Positions 12,371-25,165 of a stretch of 64,000 nucleotides of DNA are shown here, piece after piece. Numbering within the stretch: position 1 is the stretch's first letter; the number at the start of each line of letters is the position of its first letter. The stretch is from positions 89,962,001-90,026,000 of the forward strand of contig NC_043002.1 of NCBI RefSeq assembly GCF_006345805.1, written 5' to 3'. This DNA is from Octopus sinensis. Taxonomy: Eukaryota. Position numbers and translations under genes: made by a program. The notes beneath the pieces are model-generated. The model was not told the origin of the DNA. It did no database searches and saw only the letters and a program-made list of their open reading frames with translations.

Positions 12371-12939
12371 TAGTAGCAGACACACATATATATATATAAA
12401 TACTCAGAACAATATATAAGTAAAAACAAATTATAAATGTATGGTCCTACCTACATAGAATAAAGAAGAGATATACTGACAAAATATCATTTCTCCCACA
12501 TGAATTTGGTAGTAATATTGAATAGAATTTTGTTGTTTACAACAATTATGCTATCAAAGTTGTCACTGCTAGAAAACTTTGGTGTAAATAATTTAAGTGC
12601 AAGGTTATCATTCTGAAATATTTATTGATTATCTAACGTGGACAGTTTTATATATATTTAAATGGTGATTTATCAGGGTTTCTATATATGTAAATAATAA
12701 TTAAAAAGTTTTAGTTTCTTTTGATGACATGAAGTAAAATCTCATTGCTTTTGTTAAATAGCCATTTACTAGTAAGATTTGTATAGCTTTAAGTGTGCCT
12801 AAATGACATTCATGCCTTCCATCCCTACTAGGTTTAACTGAGATTAAAATATTCCAGTCTAGTTTATATTTGAAGGTCTTAGATTTCTGCATGTGTATAT
12901 ATATATAATATAACCTAAATATATATATCCTTGTGTGCA

Positions 12940-13255
12940 TATAATATATGTTCCCAGCTACTGGGAAAAGCTGAAGGAGCTAAGACTCTTCTCCCTAGAA
13001 TGAAAGCAGGAAAGATACTCAATGAAAGACATCTGGAAGGCCTTGAACCAAACTTTGGCATTGAAAGTTCCACAAACAACAGAATGGGGCACCATTGCAT
13101 AGTGCCAAAGATCCCAGCTTTGCCATCAAAATACAGGATCAGATACTGCAACAGCTTGGGTTTCAAGGCCCCATAGCTCTTCAAAATCTTTGCAAAATGC
13201 CCGAGTGTCTGCATGGTGTTGATGTAGGTGTCTTCAAAAGAAAACTGGATCTCCA
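12940..13255 (+). pseudogene. CR1/Crack-like LINE ORF2 3' fragment
   Basis: Reads LEGLEPNFGIES...RMGHHCIVPKI...NSLGFK...LHGVDVGVFKRKLDL across frames. A related minus-strand fragment lies at about 51600-51960. Confidence 0.6.
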
Positions 13256-13827
13256 TATATACATATATCCATGTAAACAGAAAGAAAGCAAAGACTAAAA
13301 AATGTTACACAATGAATATTAAAGTACAAATATATAGATATTTTTATATTAACAGAGCAAACTTATGCAGAGTACAGAGGACACCAAAATTTAAAGGGAA
13401 GAAGGTATGGTGTTACGAAAAAGAACAAAGAAAAAGGAGATAGAAAAAGCTCCCACTACTAAGAGGAAGTAATCGGGAATGGAAGATGGAGGTGGGTGGC
13501 TGTATGCCAGGTGTTGAAAGGCTGGATTATTAAAGAGGGATAAGCACAAGGCTCTTGCTATAGAGGAGATACATGGCTGGAGATAAGAGGAAGGTAGTGA
13601 TGGAGTGTCAGAGCAAACTCACAAGGAACAAGAAAGTGAGCATAAGAGAAGACATGGATGATGGATCATAGGGAGAGGATGGTCATAGCAGAGAGAGAGG
13701 TGGGAGGGAGAGAGAGAAATAGATAGTTAGATAGATTCAAGAAATATTATCATCAATTCCATCTTCCATGCTGACATGGGCTGGATGGTTTGATAATATC
13801 CAAACATGTCTGAAGATTAGATCATGC

Positions 13828-13932
<105 letters not shown>

Positions 13933-14251
13933 ATGTGTGTGTGTGTGTACACATACACACTCTGAAGAAAATTCAAATAGAAAATGTGCTAAACTGTCAC
14001 CTCATATGAGGAACTATAGAAAGATTTACATACTTGGGAATAAGAATTACGTGTAAATGGATTTGTTTCTCACATAGCTATTAAAGCTAAGTTAATAGAA
14101 AGTTTATGAGAATCTGAGGATAGTTGCAAGGCAGCTTACAGCTAATCATAATATGCAAGTAAATATTGCTCAAAGATTCCACATTTCAGTGAGGTGACGA
14201 ATGCTATTCATGAATGAGAGTAGATTAGCATTATATTTGTGAACTACCATA

Positions 14252-15176
14252 CAGGGTGCGATGGGTAAATTGTTGCTGTTTTATATTTTTAATTTTGTGC
14301 ATACACATTGTTTGTTTTTGATTTTGTTGACTACACAGTATAGTAGGGTCAATTGGGCACCTTCTGTGAAAAAAACCGCACCATGACACAATTCACTCTG
14401 CCAGAAATTTGGAAATGACATGCTATACTGCTTGGTATTCATGCCAGAAGCTCCAATATAAACATTTCAGACTGTTTATGTGTCAATCTGAGGACAGTGC
14501 ATATACCAAGAGTGATAAAAATCAAACATCCAGTCAACATCATGGTGTTTGGAGTGATCACTAGTGATGATGACATTATGCCTCTTTCCATTTTCCCACA
14601 TGGTCTCAGACTCAACATGGACACCTACATCAAGTACCTGGAGGAGGTAGTGCTGCCCTAGGTCAGAGGGTGGCTGCTGGAAGACCCTTTGTTTGGTAAC
14701 AGGATCTGAGCCATGTCACACAAGTAGGAGAATCCAGTCATAGCTGTCAGACAATTTCTGCAACCACATCACTCCTAACTCTCCACCTAAGTCCTCAGAC
14801 TGCAACCTAACTCCCCAGACTGCAGCCTAACTCCCCAGACTGCAGCCTAACTCCCAAGACTGCAACCCCCTTGATTTACTATGTGTGGGTCACAGTTGAG
14901 CAAGAGACGAACAAAGTTCCTTGTAACACCAAAGATGAACTGAAGGCAAGGATTATGGCAGCACTCACAAACTTAAACAAGGATACCATCCAGAAGAGTT
15001 GCGGGAGTTTCTGAAGTCATCTGGAGGCCATGGTTGAAGCCAATGGCGATTTTACTGAATACGTTTGCTCTTTAGTATTTCAAGATATTTACATATAAAT
15101 TTGATAAATATATCAGTTAAAATGAGATGTCAGTGTTATTTTCATTTTTGTGAAATTTAGATTTTTATGCACCCTG
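14252..15176 (+). mobile_element. internally deleted Tc1/maT-like DNA transposon
   Basis: TA|CAGGGTGC...GCACCCTG|TA ends, with remnants MVFGVITSDDDIMP...YLEEVVLP and PNSPDC..NPLD..VW. A second partial copy lies at 57758-58435. Confidence 0.8.
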
Positions 15177-16268
15177 TATATTAAAAGTATAGAGCTATAA
15201 GATTCATACATTTTAATATATCTTTAATACTTGTTTCAATCATTGGATTACATCCATGCTGGGGCACTGCCTTCAATGGTTTAGTTAAACAAATTAACCT
15301 CAATTCTTACTTTTATTTTCTCTCTTCAAGACTAGTAGTTATTCTACTAATATGCATGCCATGCATTATATGATTGCATATTTTCAAATCAGTGCATTGA
15401 TGTTTAAAATAATTTATTATACACTGAAATTATTATTAAACAGTGAAGGCTATGAAACAACTGTAATCGTCTCATATCTCTTGACTCTTTGCTGTTTATA
15501 TACTCCTCATGAAAATAATTTCATCGATTGGATTCTTGGATTTCATCTGCATAGAACTCTGCATTATACTCCTCCATATTGTATTACTATGTGATATGGT
15601 AGCCAGATCCATTACAGAACCATTTTGTGATAGCCACTGGATTTTATGAATCCATATATTTTATTATAGATATGTACATATATATATATATATGTCAGGC
15701 TTCTTTCAGTTTCTGCCTACCAAATCCACTCACAAGGCTTTGGTCGGCCCAAGAGTATAGTAGAAGAAATTTGCCCAAGGTGCCATGCAGTGGCATCTTG
15801 GAACCACGTGGTTGGGGAAGCAAGCTTCTTACCACACTCATTTGCTATTTGCGTATGAAGTGAAACTTATATCACATGAAATTGTGAGTTAAAATCCTGT
15901 CTTTTCTTTTCATCTTCTGGTGGGAGCTTATAACATGCAGTGTTAGTCAACTACTGGGGTTTATTTTATTAACTGTACCCTCTTTTATAATTAACTGTAC
16001 CCTCTTCTATAATTTACCCCTTAGTGTCAATGCTAGACATCCTTATTGTTCAAATCCTGCCTGGGTTTGAATTTGTTTTATCCTTCAGCGGTTGTTTTTG
16101 TTATTTTGAAAATTTCTTCTTGAGCTCTAGCTCTCATAATGCTGGTTACTCCATGTCCATGATTTATAAGTGCCAAATATTACAACATTCCCCACATGAG
16201 GTGCTGGTCTGTTGCAGGCTTACAGCTTTAAGTGGAGAGGACAAATTGATTATATGCATATATGCATG

Positions 16269-16316
<48 letters not shown>

Positions 16317-16318
<2 letters not shown>

Positions 16319-16642
16319 ACAGCTGACAACTGATGAAGGGTCCTTTCTCTGTATTTACTTGTCCTGTTTTCCATTTTCTCTCTCGTTGTTTACGTATTTA
16401 ACTCATTTGTTTACATATTTCATGTCATTTGCACCATTGGTGATGTCCTCCACCCATATATGCATGTGTGTATATATATATTATATATATATATAAGACA
16501 GCTGACAACTGATGAAGGGTCCTTTCTCTGTATTTACTTGTCCTGTTTTCCATTTTCTCTCTCGTTGTTTACGTATTTAACTCATTTGTTTACATATTTC
16601 ATGTCATTTGCACCATTGGTGATGTCCTCCACCCATATATGC

Positions 16643-16649
<7 letters not shown>
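16317..16649. repeat. tandem duplication of a ~154-bp unit separated by (TA)n
   Basis: 16317-16470 and 16496-16649 appear identical. Confidence 0.9.
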
Positions 16650-16682
<33 letters not shown>

Positions 16683-17671
16683 TATATTATTTACTATATA
16701 TATATATATCATCATCATCATCATCATTTAACATCTGCTTTCCATGTTAGCATGGGTTGGACGATTTGACTGAGGACTGGCGAACCAGATGGCTGCACCA
16801 GGCTCCAATCTTGATTTGGCAGAATTTCTACAGCTGGATGTCCTTCCTAATGCCAACCACTCTTTTATAAGAAGTCTAGCGGGTGCTTTTACTTGCCACA
16901 GGCATGAGAGCCAGTCAGACAGTACTGGTAACAGTCACAGAAAATCGTGTTTTTTTTTTACGTGTCACCTGCACACTGGCACAAGTGCCAGTATATAATA
17001 TTGTTATGAATGAAAAAGTTATATTCAGATAATTTCTTGTTTGTACGATGTGAATTAAAACACCACGCTCTGGTTTTGCAAACGAAGACAAAATAATTCT
17101 TTATGGTCACCTGACTGTTTAAAGCATAGCTGGTATGTTTTTGGTGCGCTTTCTACTGTGTGGGAAAATGATAAAGACTACTAGTTGATACATGAGTGAG
17201 TTCATGGTGAAAGTCTGCTGGAAGACGATGTGCGACATTGATGTGTGTTGTGAGGAAAGCCAATGTGAATGGTTTTATGCTGTAAATCAGAGTCATGTGG
17301 TTGATGTGAGGCAGTGGTTGATGGTGCTGGGGAAATTTGTGTGGAAGAGTTGACACAGTATTTGACAGGTGAAGTTGGCTTCGTTAGTTAATGTGAACAG
17401 TGAACTTGGCAACATAAAGAATGTGTAATGATATCATGAATCTGAAAGTAACAACAGCCCAGTTGCAAAAAAAAAAAAGATAAAAAAGAATAGAAAATGA
17501 ATCATTAGATTGGTGAATAAAAGAAGAGCTCACCAAAAGAAGTCTACACATTTCAGAGATAAATGAAAGAACTCTCCAAAAACTCTCAAAAGAACTGTCT
17601 ATTTATTCCATAAATGTTTATTCACCTCTTAGTTAAAGTTCTTTTAATTTTGATTAAGCAAGTTGACTTAC

Positions 17672-17720
17672 TGAGCTTGCCTGCACAATCTTCTGAGCTT
17701 TGGACATGCACTGCTGGAAC
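17672..17720 (-). CDS. putative 49-nt internal exon
   Basis: CCAACAG acceptor and consensus GTAAGT donor. Open as VPAVHVQSSEDCAGKL or FQQCMSKAQKIVQASS. Confidence 0.3.
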
Positions 17721-18163
17721 CTGTTGGTGGTACCAGGAGGTTGCGTGTGGTGTAACCTCCTGGTACACACACATACATATACTGAGTTGCTTTCATCACA
17801 TGAAACTATTTGTAGCTCATAAAAAATTGTGTTTATTAAATAATATTTATCTTTCACCAGATGGAGTACATTTTTTTTGTCAATCTTGCCATCACTGAAC
17901 AGTACACATGCACACACCTGGCAAGCCAGCAGGTTGTGCTCAGCTCCAATGCCTGCTTTGACATGATTTCTGCAGCTGGAGGCCCCTATTGACACAGAGT
18001 GTGCTGGATGCATTTATTGTGGTTCCAGCATTGTTGAGGTCCCCAATTACTTACAAGATAAGCTCTCTCAACTGAGCAGGGTATAGTATTGAGGAAAATG
18101 AAATTATGACAGGACAAGAATGGGTGTCTTACTGAAAAGGTGAATACTTGGCTTCCCTATCTG

Positions 18164-18221
<58 letters not shown>

Positions 18222-18924
18222 ATTCCTTTATTAACCATAAGGCTGAGAAAAAGAGGGGACGATATGAGGACAGACAAAACATACATTGGGGTCAGGGTAT
18301 CAAATGAGACGAAACGTATGAATAAACAAACAATTAAAATATGTACAATTAAATGAGAATGAGTGATTTACAAAAAATGAAGCGGAGGATGTGGTTGACC
18401 CCACAAACCACATACTCACACTGAAGACTTTGCTTTCTCCTTTTTATATTCTCATTTAAACAGGTTCTTTCACTCACAACATACTTACTATAGACTTCCA
18501 TCTTTTACGAATCATGCTTTGCGACAGGCATTTCTTCTCCACCCTTATTTTCCGTTTCATGTGGAAAACATAAAAGTTGATTAGCTTGAGACTGGAGATG
18601 AACATGCCAGTTGCAATTCCTTTCACTCTCGTCTTCCATACTACTTCATTCGCCATAGCAACTACCGAGAGAAAACAGGCTCGCCCTCCCTATTCAGGGA
18701 GGTCAGCGGAACGATCTTAATTACAGAGAGAGAGAGAGAGAGAGAGAGAAAATAGGAAGCAAAAACAACAGGTTTGAAGGCAAGTAGAGAAAAGATAGGT
18801 AGGAAGGCAAGTGTACTAGAATGAAGATAATGTGATAGATGATAAGAGATGGAGATTGAGATGGATGCAGTGAATATCAGTTTGGGAGAAGGAAAGTAAC
18901 AATTGATTGGTATTTTACTTTATT

Positions 18925-19323
18925 GCCGGTGGGCACATAAAAAGCACCATCCGAACGTGGCCGATGCCAGCGCCACCCCGACTGGCTTCTGTGCCGGTGG
19001 CACATAAAAAGCACCATCCGAATGTGGCCGTTGCCAGCGCCACCTTGGCTGGCTTCTGTGCTGCTGGCACATTAAAAGCTCCAACCGATCGTGGCCAATG
19101 CCGGACGCCCCCTGGCACCTGTGCAGGTGGCATGTAAAAAGCACCCACTACACTCGCGGAGTGGTTGGCGTTAGGAAGGGCATCCAGCCGTTGAAACTCT
19201 GCCAGATCAGACTGGAGCCTGGAGCAGCCCCTGGCTTCCCAGACCCCGGTCGAACCGTCCAACCCGTGCTAGCGCGGAAAACGGATGTTAAACGATGATG
19301 ATGATGATGATGATGATGATGAT
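18925..19323 (+). mobile_element. RTE 3'-end-derived repeat with tandem subunits and (GAT)n tail
   Basis: Same family as 540-955; other copies at about 30080-30488 and 31690-31985. Confidence 0.75.
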
Positions 19324-20106
19324 AGGGACTGAAGGCAAAGTTGATCGCCATGGGGTTTGAACTCAGAATATAGAGTGCTAGAAGAAATGCTACTAAGCAT
19401 TTTGTCTAACTTGCAAAAAATTCTGTTGCCTGCTAGTTGCCTTAAAAGTTGGGTTAATGCTGCTACAACAATCCTAGTGATATAGTGTGTCTCAGTCATT
19501 CAGGCAGTTCTCCCTTTGTCACTGAGATATATGGTGGCCTCTGAAAACAATAACAATCATATTAGTGGAGCTGGTCCAGTCACCCATGTACATCTTCTCT
19601 TTATAGATTTCTGGTGGGCATAGAGATATATGGTGGCTTTTAAAAACAATTACAAACACATGGTGAAGTTGATTGATTCCCTGCTATGTACCTTCCCCAA
19701 ACAGATGTGTGTGGCCTTGAGCCAATGTTGTAGTTGTATTACATTTGTTGCTTTTTTTCCCTTGGTAACAATCCAAACTATATTCTCTTCATCTTCCCTC
19801 CTGCATCTAAAATACATCTATCATTCTCATTTTCCCAGCTATTGACCACGTTCTCACATACACATGCAACCTTGTTCTCTCATCCATAAACAAACATGTG
19901 GACAGACCCTTATACATTCTTATGCATCTTCACAAACTTGTATCCATGAACACATACACTCTCACTCACACACACATGCACACACACATACATGGACTCA
20001 TATATGCACTGTAAAGTAATTTGTCAGTGAAGATTTACAAAAATGATTAAATTTACATCTCACTCTTTCTATTTATCCACTTTTCCATGATCATAAGTTG
20101 GGTGGA

Positions 20107-20211
<105 letters not shown>

Positions 20212-20985
20212 TATATATGTGTATATATATATATATATATGTGTATGTATGTATGTATCTATCTATCTATCTATCAATCTATCTATCTATTTAACAAAAG
20301 TACTCTCTCTCAGAGAGTTCTTGAGAACTTCATATGAAGTACTTGAGAAGACTCGCCCACATCAGTGAAACTGAGTTCTAGAAGCTTTGAGGGGTCCCAC
20401 CCACACTTAACAAAAAAACTCACACACTCTACCACAAAAACCAAACTACATCTCTACATCTCTTTTCTTCCTCACATTTTCACTTCATACTCTATGTTTA
20501 CCTCTCAATCCCTAGCCCTGTCCTCTTGGTCCTGTGTCACTGTGTCATTGCTCTTCACTAGCCCCTGACCTGTGTATTCCACCTACATGTAACAAGAAAA
20601 CTTTTCACACACCCTACCCCAACAAACCAATCTACATCTCTTCTCTTCCTCACATTTCCTCCTTCATATACTATGCCTAGCTCTCACTCCCCAATTCTGT
20701 CCTCAAGGCCCTGTTCCTCTGTATCATTGCTATCTGGTAGCCACCCCAAATCTATATATACCCAGATTTTTGCCACTCACTCCTCCCCCTCTGCACACTT
20801 TAATCACGCTTCCTTCGCAATATCTTGCCACTTATATTATGGTATTTGAACCTCAAGGGTATGCCCTGGCACTTACCACCATCTATATTTCTCACTTCCT
20901 TTACTCAACCATCATACTTATATTCTGATCCCTGTCCCTTGTGAGTACGCATGGCACTTTGCTACCATCTCTATCCCACTGTCTT

Positions 20986-21017
<32 letters not shown>

Positions 21018-21329
21018 CTTCTCCGGCACTTCCCTCAGGTTGGGTAACCATGTATTTCCTTTGTGGCAGTGCACCTGTTTCTGTCTTTATTCCTGATCTC
21101 TCTCTCTCTGACTGGGTAACTTTGTACCTCCTCTACAGTAAGACACCTGTTTCTGTCTCTCTGTCTCACTATAACTTTCATCATCTGACATAAGATCACC
21201 TCCTCCAATGCTCCCTCCTCTCTCAAAAGAGATTTTTTTTGTTTTGCAAGTACTTGGTAACCCTGTCAGTGCAGGTGCCACTTAAAAGCACCCAGTTCAC
21301 ACTGTAAAGTGGTTAGCAACCAAATAGCT

Positions 21330-23558
21330 ATTTACTTACCCCGATTATAATATAATGCACTCCTTTTATTTTTAGGAGTAAATATATTTCATACATTTTC
21401 ATAGAAATCTGCTGTTTTAATTAATTCTTGGAGCAAATCTTTTTCAAATGACATAAGAACTAAGCCTGAAAGTCTTTTTCTCCTCTTGTAATTCTGGTAG
21501 GTTTTAATTCTGTTCAGTGCAGAAAATGACGTCTCTACAGAGGCATTTGTAGAAAGAATTGTCAAAATCAAATTGCAAAGATTGAAGAGTTCTGGCTTAG
21601 CATCAATAAAAATCATTGATATAAATGTGATGCATTAAATTTGCTATTTAAAATCTTCCATTGAATATACAACATTTAGTTCACTCTGCAAACGAATTAT
21701 ATCAACAAAACTACTATAAGTGGTTTTCAAAGAATTTAAAGCATCCACTGGAAATTTTTTGCAATATTCTTCAGCTTTGCGTAAATTGATTTTGTTCCAT
21801 GAATTTAAGCTCTTCTAATAATGAATGTCTTATTTTTAATTGATCAACTATTGTACCAATAATTCTGTTGCAGAACATTCAATAATGTTGTTGTGGGTCA
21901 ATAGATTTATTCCTGGATCACTTAATTTAGATTGCTGCATCTATATCATATTTTTTCTCCAACATTTTATAAAAAGGCTGAAAAGTCATTCAATTTATTT
22001 TTGAACACAGTTCTACTTTTGTCAATTTGTTCATTGCAATACACAATGTCAAGTCTTTTAGCCTGAAGGATGTCAAATAAGACATCAGCAAAGGAAAATA
22101 TATCACTAAATACTTCTAATAGAAACAAATAAATCCAAATTAAATTATGAAAGAATCCAATTGCTGAATTTATAGTGGCCTTATCCCATACTTGTTTTCA
22201 AATGAAGTCTTCAAAAAGGAAACCACATTTTTCTTTTATGTTATTAATGAGATGTAACAAGTAATTTTATCTAGTTGTGCTGCTGCTTTTGGAAATCTTT
22301 TTTAACAATATTGTTAAAAAAACATACCCAGTCCATTTATTGCAGAAAAAAAAAGAAATCTTGTATCCTTTTTTATAACAGAACATATTTGTAAAAGAAC
22401 TAAATTTAGTATATGAGCACAACAATGAATGAAGATCACAGACTTACATTTCCCTCTTACCTTTGATTGCAAGCCATTTAATTGTCCTACCATTTTTGTG
22501 AAACCACTATAGGTTTGAGCAATTAATTTGTTTTCACGCTTCCATGTTTCAATGCATTTAAAGACATGTTTAGCTAAAGTGTTTGCTGAGTGATCTGCAC
22601 TACCATGGTTAAAACACTGATAAACCGTTCATTAGCAACATTATCTTTTGTAACGTAACTTAAAACAGTTGACAGTTGTGAATAGTTTGAAAAATTGGAT
22701 GTTTCACCTACAAGAATAGCAACAAATAAGCTTTTGAATCACATCAATCAAGTCATTTTGAATTCTGTTTGAGGGACTTGAGATAACAGAAACTGAATCT
22801 AGATGGCTTGCCAATTTTTCGTCATACTCGCTAATTGAATATAAAAGTTGTGTTTTATAATTCCTGTGATCTTTGGATGCTTTGGATTCAGAATGCCAAC
22901 AAAATGAATTCCTGGTGACCTAAAAAAGACAAACTATGCATCAATCTTTGGAGAAAAGCTCTGTTGCATTAACTTCATTATGCTGCTGTGTGCTCGGTCT
23001 TTTATGCACATCTAATTGTAAGTCTATGTAGACATATATAAATATTTTAAGATCAGTCAGGGATTTTATGTGTCTTTGAAAATGTTCATGTTTTAGTATA
23101 ACCACATGTAGATTATGTAGATTAAATCATAATAATCTTTATCATTCCAAACAGTTTTTTTCTCAGCTAAATGACAAACATGGTCAGTAAAATAACTTCT
23201 TTAGTTCAGTACTTCCAGTTAGTTAATTTTTTTTCTTTTATATAGATAAATTTTAAAATGTCTAATACATTTGTAGTGACGCCATTTTGGAAGTCTTCAG
23301 CACGCATGTGCAGAGTTGGATTCTTCCAGGAGGTCTGCCGGAAGTTCCCTCATGCGCATGCGCAGAGAACTAGCAGCAACAAAACTTTCCGGGTATCGAA
23401 CTCTCTCTCGAAGCTGACAGCCGGATTGAACAGACGTGTTCTCACAGCTCTATCAAGCTGCCACCATGTGGCGAAGATACACTATGCTGGAATGAGACAG
23501 CATTTGGTTCACACCATTTAACTACAGCAACTAGCTCCATGGCTACCGATTTGCCCTG
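21330..23558 (-). mobile_element. decayed hAT transposon (ZMYM1-like transposase)
   Basis: C-terminal dimerisation motif TILSTNASVETSFSALNRIKTY and upstream IFIHCCAHILNLVL. The putative 5' terminus CAGGGCAAATCGG is at 23558. Many stops and frameshifts. Confidence 0.8.
23280..23364 (-). promoter_or_regulatory. CpG-rich cluster of YY1-, ETS- and NRF1-like motifs in the hAT 5' region
   Basis: CGCCATTTT at 23280-23288, CCGGAAGT at 23338-23345 and TGCGCATGCGCA at 23353-23364. Confidence 0.5.
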
Positions 23559-23562
23559 AAGG

Positions 23563-23604
<42 letters not shown>

Positions 23605-23894
23605 ATTATTGCAAATCCAGGAAATAAAAATATTTATGTTGTTGAAGATATTCGAAGTCTTGGCTTTTCCTTCGACAAATAATTTAATGTAAGGGATGAT
23701 GATTTAAAGCCCTCCAGTGTTAAAGACCTTTCATCCTGTTACACATTTCTTAATCTTGTATGCTGCATGACAGTCTCAGTAGTGCTGGTGGTATGCAAAA
23801 AGTACACTCTGTAAAGTGGCTGGTGTTAGGAAGGGCAAACGGTCAGAAGCCATGCCAAAGAAGACATTGAAGCATATGATGGTCTCAGACCAGT

Positions 23895-24107
23895 TACTCT
23901 CTTTTACTCTTTTACTTGTTTCAATCATTTGACTGCGGCCATGCTGGAGCACTGCCTTTAGTCGAGCAAATCGACTCTGGGACTTATTCTTTGTAAGCCC
24001 AGTACTTATTCTATCGGTCTCTTTTGCCAAACCGCTAAGTGACGGGGACATAAACACACCAGCATCGGTTGTCAAGCGATGCTAGGGGGACAAACACAGA
24101 CACACAA

Positions 24108-24166
<59 letters not shown>

Positions 24167-24331
24167 TACGACAGGCTTCTTTCAGTTTCCGTCTACCAAA
24201 TCCACTCACAAGGCATTGGTCGGCCTGGGGCTATAGCAGAAGACACTTGCCCAAGATGCCACACAGTGGGATTGAACCCGAAACCATGTGGTTGGTTAGC
24301 AAGCTACTTACCACACAGCCACTCCTGCGCC
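23895..24331 (-). mobile_element. family A SINE nested in an RTE-tail repeat
   Basis: Full head and tail; the host repeat runs about 23780-23894 and resumes at 24332-24405. Confidence 0.85.
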
Positions 24332-25134
24332 TAGTTGATTCTGTTAAACTGTTCAACCAGTGCCATTATGAAAGATGGATGCAAAAAGATGATGATGATG
24401 ATGGTGATTCCTTGTTGGAACATTGCAAATAAGGAAATTTAGTGTTGGTCTGCCAAAATTTAAATAAATTGTTTCCTTCCAAAATCTTTTTTTGAAAAGC
24501 TATTTTTCAAAAGTTCTTTTATAAAGCAGATTTTAGACACTTGGGTTAATATTTTAAAAGTTCAAAAGATATTTAGAATAACAAAAATAAGTGGGAATGT
24601 TCCAATGTGGCTGTGTGTGTGTGTGTGCGTGCATGCTTGCAAGCACACACACACACACACACACACAGCTATTCTGTGAATTGAAAGAAAGTACGCTAAA
24701 AGCCAACATCAATGAAATAGAAGATAATATTAGTAAATCAACAAAGTTTAATTAGTTAATGATAGCAACAAAAGGACAATTAATAATGTTTTCTGTTTGG
24801 ATATTAAATATCAGAATATTGAATAAGTGAAGGCATGGCTGTGTGGTAAGATGCTTGCTTCTCAACCACATGATTCCAGGTTCAGTCCCACTGCATGGTA
24901 CCTCGGGCAAGCACCTTCTTCTATAGCCTCAGGCAGGCTGACCATGTATATATATGTGTGTGAGCAGATGTGGTTGTGTGATAAGAAGCTTGCTTTCCAA
25001 CCACAGGGTTCCAGGTTCAGTCCCACAGTGTGGAACCTTGGGCAAGTATCTTTTACTATAGCCTCAAACCAACTAAAGCTTTCTGAGTGGATTTGTTTGA
25101 TGGAAACTGAAAAAAAACCTTCACACACAGAGGC

Positions 25135-25165
<31 letters not shown>

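Noticed and set aside
14786-14870. CRISPR-like short repeats
   Set aside because: The units are contiguous with no spacers, lie inside a transposase fossil, and the context is eukaryotic.
20335-20385. TTGAGAA...GAAACTGAGTT possible U3-A8 hammerhead
   Set aside because: Helix II is only 3 bp and no helix I forms next to the core; too degenerate to call.
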